From positions 1-52,301 of the forward strand of contig JAWXCH010000361.1 in NCBI GenBank assembly GCA_034440595.1: a DNA stretch of 52,301 bases. Direction: 5' to 3'. The notes beneath the pieces were generated by a model, which saw nothing but the letters and a program-made list of their open reading frames with translations, made no database searches and was not told where the DNA came from. The DNA is from Planctomycetota bacterium. Its GTDB lineage: Bacteria; Planctomycetota; Planctomycetia; Pirellulales; JALHPA01. The translations under genes were made by a program, and so were the position numbers. Numbering within the stretch: position 1 is the first letter of the stretch; every line of letters starts with the position of its first letter. Shown piece after piece: positions 10,355 through 19,777 of the stretch.

Positions 10355-12571
10355 ATGACCGCCAGCCAGTCTTCTCAAGCCAGCATTGACCGCCCGTTGC
10401 CGATGCGGATGCGGCCCGATCTGGTTGCGCAGCCGCTGGGAGATGGCCGGACTTGGAGCCTGAAGGATCCTCTGTCGCTACGGTACTGGCAGTTGGCTGG
10501 TGAGGAATATTTCATCCTCCGACAGCTAAATGGATCGGCCAGCCTGAATGACTTGCAGCGCAAGTTCGCCAGAGAATACGCGCCACGACGAATCACGCCC
10601 GATCAATTGCAACTCTATCTCGGCTCGCTGTTTGACGAGGGACTGATCTATTCGCAATCGACTGGGCAAGGTGTCGAACTGGCCGCACGGCGGAAGCGTG
10701 TGATCCGGCAAGAACGACTGGCCAAGTTAGGCTCGATACTAGCGTGGCGATTTCGTGGGGTCGATCCAGAGCAGCTGCTAAAGCGAATCGCGCCCTGGAC
10801 GAATTGGATATTTCGCTGGCCAGCCATTGCGGCCTATATGGGCCTGGTGGTTTCCGCGATTCTTTTGGTCACCTGGAAATGGCAAACGGTACTGGAAAGA
10901 TCCCCAGAGTGGACCAGTTTTTTTGATGTCCGCAGTGCGTTCTTACTGATCGTTGCGGCGTCGCTGGCCAAGATTTTGCACGAACTGGCACACGCCATTT
11001 TTTGCAAGCACTTCGGCGGCGAGTGTCACGAGATCGGCCTGATGCTGCTGTTTGGAACGCCCTGTTTGTATTGCAATGTCAGCGACAGTTGGATGCTGCG
11101 CAGCAAGTGGCAACGGGCGGCCATTGGCGCAGCCGGCATGCTGGCCGAAGTCGGCTTGGCCGCGGTGGCGACCTGGCTCTGGTGGTTCAGTCAGCCAGGA
11201 CTGTTCAATTCGCTTTGTTTTGACCTGCTGTTGGTCTGTTCGGTCAACACGGTTTTTCTCAACGGCAATCCGCTGTTACAGTACGATGGCTACTACATTC
11301 TGGCCGATCTGACCGAGACCCCCAATCTGCGTCAGCAGGCGAATCTGGTCGTGCGCCAGTGGTTGGCCAAGTTCTGGTTAGGGCTGGATTTGACTCCAGA
11401 GCGCAAGCTGCGCGAGCGCGGGCGAGTCTGGCTGGCACTGTTTTCGGTCGCGTCGGCGGTCTATCGGTGGTTTGTGGTTCTGACACTGTTGTGGATTGCC
11501 AATCAGTTTTTCAAACGGTATGACCTGCAACTGTTCAGTTGGTTGCTCGGTGCGATCTTTCTGGCCACACTGGTGGTGTTGCCACTGTGGAAGACGCTGA
11601 TGTTTCTCAGGCACCCTAGCCGGAGTTTGCAAGTGCGCTGGAATCGAGTTCTTGGTCGAGGGATACCGATCCTGCTGGTGTTGGTAGCACTGGCGATGAT
11701 CCCGCTGCCGTTCCACCCGACCGCGCCGGCGGTGATCGAGCTTAGAGACGAGGCGATGGTGTTTGTCGCCACGGCGGGAAATATCATTGACGCGGTTCCA
11801 GCGGGGAGTCGGGTGCAAGCGGGCGATCGATTGGCGACGCTTCAAAATCTGGAGATCGAGCGAGATGTGCGAAAGCTGCAAGGGGAGCTATCCGAAAAGG
11901 CCGTGCATCTGAAGAATCTGCGGCTTCGGCAAGGTGACCCCGAAGCGGCTTCTGCGATACCAACCGCCGAGAAATCGCTGGAAGATGCGCAGGAGCGGTT
12001 GCGGCAACGGCAGCGCGATCAAAGTGCACTCGAAATCAAGGCACCGCGCACGGGCACGGTCATTCCTCCAACTCGACGAGTAGCCGAACCGGGCCAATCC
12101 GAGGCGGGCGGTGGAGACTGGACGGGAGACCCGCTGGAACCGCGTAACCGCAACAGCGTGCTGACCTCCGGGACGCATCTCTGCAGCATTGGCGATCCCG
12201 CTCAAGTCGATGCGGTGCTATTGATCGATCAGGCGGACATTCGGTTCATCTCAGAGGGACAGACGGTGCAGGTGCTGCTTGACCAGTACCCTGCGCTAGC
12301 GGTGCAGGGTACGATCCGCGAATTGTCCGAGGTTGACACCTTGCACGTCCCGCCAGAACTGCTGGCACATGAGGACTTGCCGGTTCGCACCGACGAAAGT
12401 GGCAAGAAGACACCAACCGGGGTGCTTTATCAGGCCCGCGTGGCACTGGAGCCGACGACGTTGCCGCTCCTAGTCGGTTCCTCCGGGCGTGCCAAGATCG
12501 ACGCCAAACCGCAGTCGGCAGCCGCTCGGTTGCAACGGTATTTGCAGCGAACGTTTCGGTTTGACTGGTAG
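10355..12571 (+). CDS. Site-2 protease (peptidase M50) fused to a HlyD-type membrane-fusion/biotinyl-lipoyl domain
   Basis: HELAH zinc motif, NGNPLLQYDGYY, multiple TMs, coiled coil and IKAPRTGTV hairpin in the C-terminal half. Confidence 0.85.
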   Translation: MTASQSSQASIDRPLPMRMRPDLVAQPLGDGRTWSLKDPLSLRYWQLAGEEYFILRQLNGSASLNDLQRKFAREYAPRRITPDQLQLYLGSLFDEGLIYSQSTGQGVELAARRKRVIRQERLAKLGSILAWRFRGVDPEQLLKRIAPWTNWIFRWPAIAAYMGLVVSAILLVTWKWQTVLERSPEWTSFFDVRSAFLLIVAASLAKILHELAHAIFCKHFGGECHEIGLMLLFGTPCLYCNVSDSWMLRSKWQRAAIGAAGMLAEVGLAAVATWLWWFSQPGLFNSLCFDLLLVCSVNTVFLNGNPLLQYDGYYILADLTETPNLRQQANLVVRQWLAKFWLGLDLTPERKLRERGRVWLALFSVASAVYRWFVVLTLLWIANQFFKRYDLQLFSWLLGAIFLATLVVLPLWKTLMFLRHPSRSLQVRWNRVLGRGIPILLVLVALAMIPLPFHPTAPAVIELRDEAMVFVATAGNIIDAVPAGSRVQAGDRLATLQNLEIERDVRKLQGELSEKAVHLKNLRLRQGDPEAASAIPTAEKSLEDAQERLRQRQRDQSALEIKAPRTGTVIPPTRRVAEPGQSEAGGGDWTGDPLEPRNRNSVLTSGTHLCSIGDPAQVDAVLLIDQADIRFISEGQTVQVLLDQYPALAVQGTIRELSEVDTLHVPPELLAHEDLPVRTDESGKKTPTGVLYQARVALEPTTLPLLVGSSGRAKIDAKPQSAAARLQRYLQRTFRFDW

Positions 12572-12581
12572 GATCGGTTAC

Positions 12582-15500
12582 TTACCCCTCCCCTTCGCTA
12601 CGGATGCCAAACTCGCGGCGCATCTCAGATAGCACACTGCTGTCGCGGATCAGGGCCGCCATCAATTGCGGGAACGGCAATCCGCCTAGCTCCACCGCAC
12701 GCATCACGAGAAACGGCACAGGGCTGTGCGGTTCAATCGATTGCAGCGCGGTGGCGGCCTCGGAGAGTTGCGCGTAAATCGCTTCGCGTGTGTTCAATCG
12801 TGATTTAGCGGACTGACCGTTGGAAGCACTCATGGTACCATCCTCATTGACAGTCTCCTGGGCAAGGACATCACCCGCAGCAGGTCCTTTCTTCTGCACA
12901 ATCTGCATCGCCAGTGCACGGCACTCTTCCAAAGCCGGTCGAATCGCCGACAAGCCAGGCGCGTCCGGGCCCATCTTTTGGCGTAAAGTTTGCCCCAGCC
13001 ATTTTAGCTCGTTCAATGCCTGTGTAATGTCTTCGGCCACACGCTTACACTGCTCATGCGTGGTAATGCGTACGGCCTTCTCGACCAGTTCGCTGCTCAA
13101 CGAAGAACGACCATCCATCCCTAGATTCCATTGCTGGAGGCTATAGGTGTCCTCACCTGCATAGACGACCGGAGTCTGCTTCAATGTGAGCGGATAGCAA
13201 GACCCGCGATCTGGATCGTCCAGCCAATTGAACGGTCCGGCACGGACTTCCAAGTCGTCGTCTTCGATTTCAGGTTCCAGGCGATCCCAACAGACTTCGA
13301 CCAGCAGTCGAATCAAATGCAGGCCATCGCGGACCCCGGCAAACCCGTACTTCTTGGTCAGTGCCTCAAGAAATCTTGCCGCCACGAGCAAGTTCTTGGA
13401 ACGCTCGGTCAGCACGTCGCGGCAAATCGTAATGATCTGGTTCCAGTCGGCGCGGACCCATTCCGTCGGTCGCATCGGATCGTCTTCGCGAAAAGACTCC
13501 GGGTTGATCTCCTTACGGGCTATTTCCAATTCTTCTCGAAGCGGAAATGGCACACTTTCGCCCGCCGGATTGTCGCCCGGAATTGGCAAGAGCAGCTCCC
13601 GAAAATCGAACAACGGAGGCGAACCGGCGGTCGATTGGCGATATTTAGAGGCATCTTGCACCTGACGAATCAGTTCGTCGATATCGGCAATGTCGGTGGC
13701 CATGGTCGCAACACTCGGGGTAGAAGTCGAATTGGTCGTATCATCCACCGCTCGTGACTGGTTCACAATCGGCGGGGATTCAATCTCACGATAAGTTTCA
13801 GGTTCAGGTTCAAACGTGATTGCAATCGGATCCTGCTCAGATTCAAAATCCGCAGCAGGAGTTTCGTATTCAGTGCCCGATAGTTCAGCGAAAGACTCGT
13901 CGACTATCGGTGGTTCGATGGGCAGGTCTGGTGTTAGTTCTTCCGCCATGCCTGTGGCGTCAAACTCCGCGTTTGAAGAGTCGCCGGTGTCGCCGAGCAA
14001 GGCTGCCAGTTCAGGGTCCAGCTCGAATGGCGCCGGTGCGGGCTGGTCGTCAGCCGGTGGATCGGTGAATTCAGGCGTATCAACATCCGGGGCCTGCGAT
14101 GGTGATTCGTCGAATGACGGAATCTCGTCGGTTTGCGAGGAAGCAGGCTGATCCAGATCACCAAGCAATGCAGCCAACTCAGGGTCCATTGTGGTCAAGT
14201 CGACCGCAGGAGCCTCTTCCGCCGGTTGATCGTAGGTAGGTGCAGATTCTGTGTTCGCATCCGCGGCATAGGGGTCGCTAGCAGGCGTCTCGCCGCTATT
14301 CGCAAGAAAGTCCTCACGCAGCAGTGCGGCCAACTCGGGGTCCAACTCCATTGCCGGCATCGGCTCGGATGGTTCTTCGGCGGCTGGGGTTTCAGCGTAT
14401 GCCTCTTCGTGTGCTGGAACCTCTGCTAACAAAGCGGCCAATTCTGGATCCATTTCGGCTGGCACCTCGGGAGTGCTCTCCCCCAATAACGCTGCCAGTT
14501 CCGGGTCCAACTCAGCAGGAGGTTCCGACGCCGTCTCGCCAAGCAGGGCCGCCAACTCGGGGTCAAGTGTCGCCGGGTCTGGAGCCGCACCTTCGGCCTC
14601 GGCCAACATCGCGGCCAACTCGGCATCGGCGGCAGCACTAGCCGCCTCGTCGGTCGCGAATAGTTCTTCGGCGGCAGGTTCTTCCACCGGAGCCGCGTGC
14701 TGGACTCCGGCACCTTCGTTCCAGCCGCCGGCCAACATCGGGTAGGCGGTCGAAACGGCACGAATTGCGGCCAATTCGATAATGTCGCGCCCTCGCACTG
14801 GCAGGACCGGCATCAGCCCCCACGCGGCTAGTCGCTCGGAAACCAGCGACGAAAACCGCGCCGCGGTGCTGACGGCGACTTCATCATCATCGCCAGTGCG
14901 ATAGGAATGCAACGGCATGCTGTCGAGTTGCAGATGCTTGTCCGGAGTCAGACTCCAGCCAGATTCGATGAACCCGCGACCAAAGAGTGCCGCGGCCAAC
15001 AACGCGGAATTTCCCCACAAATAATCTGCGTGGCTGCCGCCAAACTCTTCAAAGTCAAACGCATCGACCGATTTGTAGTTCTCGCCAAACGGCGGCCGCA
15101 GCAGAAAGCCCGGCACCGTCAAGCCGAGGAACGCACTGTCTGGCAAGCTTTGCAGCGATTCCCAGGCGTACTTGGTATCGGCATCGAGCGCGAAATCCTC
15201 AGCCGTAACCGCCGCGCTGAGCGACGACAGAAACGGCACATTCAGGCTGTAGCCAATTAAGGCGGCACGCCCGAGCAGTTCGATCTGCGGCACCGTGATA
15301 TTGAAGTTGTACAGGCCGACCACCAGTCCCCAGGGGTGCTCGCTTTCGGCCTGCTGAGCGGTCAGTGCGTGGAGAATTCCCGATTGGCCGACGTCGTACG
15401 AATTTTGCAAATCGGCAAGAAACTCCGCCTGACTCAGATCGTAGAGCCGAATTTGAACCTGCGCCGACTTACTGCACCTGCGGAGTAGCCATTCCAGCCC

Positions 15501-15896
15501 ACGCCAGGCCGATTCCACGGTGCGAAAGTCTGGTGAATGGAGAATAGCCTTCATCAAGGCGGTTGCTTCATCGCCGCGCAGTCCCTGGACCTGGTCGACC
15601 TGACGGTGGATACCGTCCGGGTGAAAGTCGTCGAATTCCCTGAACTCCACGGTCGCGGTGCTCTGGTCCGGAAGCGGCAAATTCAGCCGCGGAACCACCT
15701 GGCCGAGCAAATCCTCCAGAGATTCAAACGTCGGCTTGAGGGGCCGCATTTCGGCGATCTGCTGACTATCGGCAGACTCACCCCGATTGTCCCGACCTGA
15801 AAAGTCACCAAATATCGCAATCCGAAACGGGATCTCGGACTCTGGCCGTGCCCGACTCCGCTCGAGTTCATTCAGTTGGCCGAAACGGAGTTCCAT
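12582..15896 (-). CDS. T6SS fusion protein: TssB/TssC-like sheath domain + acidic repeat linker + TssA (ImpA_N and C-terminal EPHSP domain)
   Basis: N-terminal PFRIAIFGDFSGR (VipA-like); ILHSPDFRTVESAWRGLEWL, FLLRPPFG and YLWGN (VipB-like); C-terminal LLLPIPGDNPAGE...SKNLLVAARFLEAL...GFAGVRDGL (ImpA_N) and EPHSPVPFLVMRA. Confidence 0.85.
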   Translation of the reverse strand: MELRFGQLNELERSRARPESEIPFRIAIFGDFSGRDNRGESADSQQIAEMRPLKPTFESLEDLLGQVVPRLNLPLPDQSTATVEFREFDDFHPDGIHRQVDQVQGLRGDEATALMKAILHSPDFRTVESAWRGLEWLLRRCSKSAQVQIRLYDLSQAEFLADLQNSYDVGQSGILHALTAQQAESEHPWGLVVGLYNFNITVPQIELLGRAALIGYSLNVPFLSSLSAAVTAEDFALDADTKYAWESLQSLPDSAFLGLTVPGFLLRPPFGENYKSVDAFDFEEFGGSHADYLWGNSALLAAALFGRGFIESGWSLTPDKHLQLDSMPLHSYRTGDDDEVAVSTAARFSSLVSERLAAWGLMPVLPVRGRDIIELAAIRAVSTAYPMLAGGWNEGAGVQHAAPVEEPAAEELFATDEAASAAADAELAAMLAEAEGAAPDPATLDPELAALLGETASEPPAELDPELAALLGESTPEVPAEMDPELAALLAEVPAHEEAYAETPAAEEPSEPMPAMELDPELAALLREDFLANSGETPASDPYAADANTESAPTYDQPAEEAPAVDLTTMDPELAALLGDLDQPASSQTDEIPSFDESPSQAPDVDTPEFTDPPADDQPAPAPFELDPELAALLGDTGDSSNAEFDATGMAEELTPDLPIEPPIVDESFAELSGTEYETPAADFESEQDPIAITFEPEPETYREIESPPIVNQSRAVDDTTNSTSTPSVATMATDIADIDELIRQVQDASKYRQSTAGSPPLFDFRELLLPIPGDNPAGESVPFPLREELEIARKEINPESFREDDPMRPTEWVRADWNQIITICRDVLTERSKNLLVAARFLEALTKKYGFAGVRDGLHLIRLLVEVCWDRLEPEIEDDDLEVRAGPFNWLDDPDRGSCYPLTLKQTPVVYAGEDTYSLQQWNLGMDGRSSLSSELVEKAVRITTHEQCKRVAEDITQALNELKWLGQTLRQKMGPDAPGLSAIRPALEECRALAMQIVQKKGPAAGDVLAQETVNEDGTMSASNGQSAKSRLNTREAIYAQLSEAATALQSIEPHSPVPFLVMRAVELGGLPFPQLMAALIRDSSVLSEMRREFGIRSEGEG
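13990..14630 (-). repeat. Intragenic peptide repeat DPELAALL x6 (plus one DAELAAML variant)
   Basis: Read directly from the translation of 12582..15896. Confidence 0.95.
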
Positions 15897-16211
15897 TCTT
15901 GCGATCTATCCGAAGTCAGTAAGTGGGTTCGTGCGTCGTGCCGTGAAAGTTCTACCGCAGTTCTCAAAGTTTAGCGGTTCTCCCTGGTTCCTACAAAGAG
16001 AAGTCTGACCGGACTTCCAAAAAAAGGGAATACAGCGATTCGAGCATTCGCGGGCCAGCCTCTGAAACGCCAGGGCGTGTTCTTTAGTCTTCTGGCAGTT
16101 GCTTGATTCGGAGCGAACGGTCAGAATGGGCCACATCGAGTACTCTATCGGCCGGAAACTCCCGGCCGGTCAGGCAAGTTTCCGTTTTTCCTTCCGCAGG
16201 AGTTAGTCGCG

Positions 16212-17351
16212 ATGATCGCACGGCGCAAGTCCCATTCAAGGTCCAAACTCGGTGCGCGGCGAGCAATTTGGACGCTGTCGCTTCTTACGATCTTGGCGGC
16301 CCTAACTGCTGGATCGTTCGCAATCGCTCAAGAAGAGTCGGATAGCAAGAAAGCGACCAGCGAGACCATAGCGGACCCCAGTGTACCGGCTCCCGTGAGG
16401 GCGGCGGCAGCAACCGACGCAACCAGCGCAACCACTGCTGCGGCTGCTTCCAATGAGGTCAAGATTGGAGTATACGCCAGTCAGATTCACTCAGTAAATT
16501 TGCGTGAGAATCAGTTCAAGATCGACTTCTATATCTGGTTCCGCTGGACCGACCCAGATTTGGAACCGCATAAGACGTTTGAAGTCGCCAACGGCCAGAT
16601 CGACAATGACGAACCACCTACCGAGCCGGTAAAGTTGAACGATGGTTCGTATTATTCCTACCGGCATGTGGTGGCGACCATCACGCAGTTCTGGGACGTG
16701 ACACGGTTTCCGATGGACGATCACAAGCTGCTGGTGATCATCGATGACAGTGCCAACGAAGTCGACAAATTGCAGTACGTGGCCGATGTCAAAAACACCG
16801 GCATCGACAACGATTCCAAAGCGCCCGGCTGGGACATCGGAAAAGCGGCCGGCGAAGTTTCGGTAAAGACCTACTCGACAAACTTTGGCGATACGAACCT
16901 GGATACCGGCAACGTTTCAAAGTACTCGCGATTTATCTTTTCCGTACAGTTGGAACGAGGTGGCATCGGGGCGTTCCTGAAGCTGTTTTTTGGCCTGTTC
17001 ATTGCCGTTGCCATTGCCCTGCTAGCATTCTTCATCAAGCCGACGGAGGTCGATCCCCGGTTTGGCTTGGGAATTGGTGCCATTTTTGCCGCCGTGGCCA
17101 GTCTGTACGTGGTGACTTCGTCGCTGCCCGATTCGCAAACGATGTCCATGGCCGATATGCTGCATTTACTGGCGTTTCTGGTGATATTCCTGTCCCTGCT
17201 GGAATCAACGTGGTCGTTATCTGCGTACGCCAGCGAGGAAGAATCCAAAGTCGCGCTCTCCAAACGGGTTGACCGGCTTTCGTTTGTAGTGCTAACCGCG
17301 GCATATGTCGGACTAACCATCTGGACGATTTCCGCTACCTGGTGGGTTTAG
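16212..17351 (+). CDS. Prokaryotic pentameric ligand-gated ion channel (GLIC/ELIC-like Pro-loop receptor)
   Basis: Signal peptide; V.IGVY...I.SVNLRENQFKIDFYIWFRW.DP beta-strands; Pro-loop DVTRFPMDDHKL; GW; pre-M1 LER; four TM helices. Confidence 0.85.
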   Translation: MIARRKSHSRSKLGARRAIWTLSLLTILAALTAGSFAIAQEESDSKKATSETIADPSVPAPVRAAAATDATSATTAAAASNEVKIGVYASQIHSVNLRENQFKIDFYIWFRWTDPDLEPHKTFEVANGQIDNDEPPTEPVKLNDGSYYSYRHVVATITQFWDVTRFPMDDHKLLVIIDDSANEVDKLQYVADVKNTGIDNDSKAPGWDIGKAAGEVSVKTYSTNFGDTNLDTGNVSKYSRFIFSVQLERGGIGAFLKLFFGLFIAVAIALLAFFIKPTEVDPRFGLGIGAIFAAVASLYVVTSSLPDSQTMSMADMLHLLAFLVIFLSLLESTWSLSAYASEEESKVALSKRVDRLSFVVLTAAYVGLTIWTISATWWV

Positions 17352-17556
17352 TCGAGAAATGGACTCAAATAGTGCCCGGTTCGACCTTTGCTTCTGTATT
17401 GGATTGACAACCCCAAATATTCAAACAGTATCCATAAGGTGGCCGGTCCCGATTGCAGTAGCAATTTTGTGACAGCCGCGATTCAGTAACAGTGTTTCAG
17501 CAGCAGTGATGTAGTAGCCTGACGGTTTGACAGTAGCAACTTGATAGGAGACTGGC

Positions 17557-19719
17557 GTGCCAACGTTTTCACAGGACGATCGGCCGATCGGCATCACGAC
17601 CCCGTTGGGTAAGGACAAGCTGCTGCTCGATTCTTTTGGCGGACTGGAGGGAATCTCCCAGCCATTCCGTTTTGAGGCCAGCGTACTTGCCCCGGCGGAT
17701 ACCACCGTCAAGTTTGAAGACCTCCTCGGTCAGTCGGTGACAATACGCCTGGATGTGCAAGGTTCCGACCAGAACCGGCGCTTCTTCAACGGGGTGGTCA
17801 TGCAGCTCAACGAAGGGGCGCGCGTCCGATCGTCCGACGGAGGTGAGTTGTTCACGCGATACCGAATGGTTCTGATGCCGAAACTGGCGCTCTTGCAGCG
17901 GCGGACCAATAGCCGCACCTTTCAGCATCTGAGCGTCGTCGACATTCTGAAAAAGGTGCTGACCGGCCTGCCCGTCAAGTGGCAGATCACCGGCACATTT
18001 GAACCACGCGACTACTGCGCGCAGTACCAGGAAACCGACCTCTCGTTTGCCAGTCGCCTGATGGAAGAAGAAGGGATCTACTACTTCTTTACGCATACCG
18101 ACGGCAATCACGAGATGGTGGTCACCAATGACCCGGCGAATTTCGGCACCATCTCGCCGGCAGTCAAATTCGAGGACTTCCAGGGACACCGCAGCACTGG
18201 CACGCAAGAAGATCGAATCCTGCGCTGGAGTAAAAGCCAGGAAATGCGTTCTGGCAAGTTCACCGCCTGGGACTATAACTTTGAACTCCCCGACAAGCAC
18301 CTGGAGGCGGAAAAAACCGTCATGCCATCCGTCGCGGCGGGCACAGTAACGCACAAGTTGAATGTAGCCAATTCCGCGCTGGAGCTATATGACTTCCCCG
18401 GCGAATACGCTCAACGCTTTGACGGGATCGACGCCGGTGGTGGTGAACAGGCCTCAATGCTGCAAAAAATCTTTACGGACAATAAGCGCACGGTTGAGAT
18501 CCGCATGCAGCAGGAATCGGTCGCCGCGCTGCGGATCAATGGCGAAAGCAACGTCCGCAAACTGGCCGCCGGGGCGAAATTCACCCTCGCCGAGCATCAC
18601 AACGGCGACGGAGAATATGTACTCACCACCGTGGAGCACCGTGCCAATCTGGAAGGAACCTATACCTCCAACCAGCAGGCCGAACTGAAGTACGCCAACG
18701 GATTTCAGGCGATTCCTTCGGCACTCCCGTTCCGCCCGCAGCGAACCACCCCGAGGCCAACGATTCGCGGCACGCAATCGGCGGTAGTGGTCGGACCTGC
18801 CAGCAGTGAAATCTATACCGACAAATATGGCCGTGTAAAAATCCAGTTCCCGTGGGATCGCGAGGGGCAAAAGGACAGCGATAGCTCCTGCTGGGTGCGT
18901 GTCGCACATATCTGGGCCAGCAAGCAATTCGGCGCATTTGGACTGCCGCGGATTGGGGACGAGGTGGTCGTCGCGTTTGAGGAGGGGGACCCCGATCAGC
19001 CGATCATCGTCGGTAGCGTGTACAACGCGGCCAATATGCCCCCGTACGTTTTGCCGGACAACATGACGCAGACCCTGCTAAAGACTCGCTCGACAACGCA
19101 GGGAACGACCGAGATGTTCAACGAACTACGGTTCGAGGACAAAAAGGATTCCGAACACATCTACTTCCATGCCGAGCGAGACTTCAACCGCGTGGTCGAG
19201 CAAAACGACACACTGAAGGTTGGCTTTGAGAAGCATGAAGGAGATGACAAGGGAAATCAGACGATCGAGATCTTTGGCCATCGAAAAATCACTGTCAAGG
19301 AACGAGACGAAGCGACCACCATCGAAAAAGGTAAACGCACGGTCAAGGTCCAGTTGGACGATGCCAAGGAAGTGGTCGAAGGAAATCGACTGGCCACCGT
19401 TTCCAAAGGGAATGACACGATAACTATCTCCGAGGGAAACCGCTCCACCACCATCGACAAAGGTAATCGAAGTTCGACGATCTCGATGGGGAACGAAACG
19501 ATCGACATTACTGCGGGAAAAAGTTCAACCACCGCCGGCCAGGAAATAGAGTTGAAGGTAGGAAGCAATTCAATCGTCATCAGTCAAAGTGGCATCAAGA
19601 TCAAAGGGATGATGATCTCGATCGAGGGGGATGTGTCGTTGACGGTTAAAGGATTGATGAGTGAAATCAGCGGCACCGCCATGCTGACTGTGAAGGGTGG
19701 CCTAGTGCAGATTAACTAA
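17557..19719 (+). CDS. vgrG: T6SS spike protein VgrG
   Basis: EGISQPFRF, QYQETDLSFASRLMEEEGIYYFF, DKYGRVKIQFPWDR, SCWVRV, PRIGDEVVVAFEEGDPDQP and NELRFED motifs; gp5-like C-terminal repeats; AGGAG before GTG. Confidence 0.97.
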   Translation: MPTFSQDDRPIGITTPLGKDKLLLDSFGGLEGISQPFRFEASVLAPADTTVKFEDLLGQSVTIRLDVQGSDQNRRFFNGVVMQLNEGARVRSSDGGELFTRYRMVLMPKLALLQRRTNSRTFQHLSVVDILKKVLTGLPVKWQITGTFEPRDYCAQYQETDLSFASRLMEEEGIYYFFTHTDGNHEMVVTNDPANFGTISPAVKFEDFQGHRSTGTQEDRILRWSKSQEMRSGKFTAWDYNFELPDKHLEAEKTVMPSVAAGTVTHKLNVANSALELYDFPGEYAQRFDGIDAGGGEQASMLQKIFTDNKRTVEIRMQQESVAALRINGESNVRKLAAGAKFTLAEHHNGDGEYVLTTVEHRANLEGTYTSNQQAELKYANGFQAIPSALPFRPQRTTPRPTIRGTQSAVVVGPASSEIYTDKYGRVKIQFPWDREGQKDSDSSCWVRVAHIWASKQFGAFGLPRIGDEVVVAFEEGDPDQPIIVGSVYNAANMPPYVLPDNMTQTLLKTRSTTQGTTEMFNELRFEDKKDSEHIYFHAERDFNRVVEQNDTLKVGFEKHEGDDKGNQTIEIFGHRKITVKERDEATTIEKGKRTVKVQLDDAKEVVEGNRLATVSKGNDTITISEGNRSTTIDKGNRSSTISMGNETIDITAGKSSTTAGQEIELKVGSNSIVISQSGIKIKGMMISIEGDVSLTVKGLMSEISGTAMLTVKGGLVQIN

Positions 19720-19777
19720 GAAGTGGTCTTCAGATTCTCTAATTCAACCTGCTAGTTTTGCCTCGGATCAAAGTTTT

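Noticed and set aside
19200-19719. Evolved VgrG with a C-terminal toxin
   Set aside because: The C-terminus is only gp5-like beta-helix repeats ending GGLVQIN
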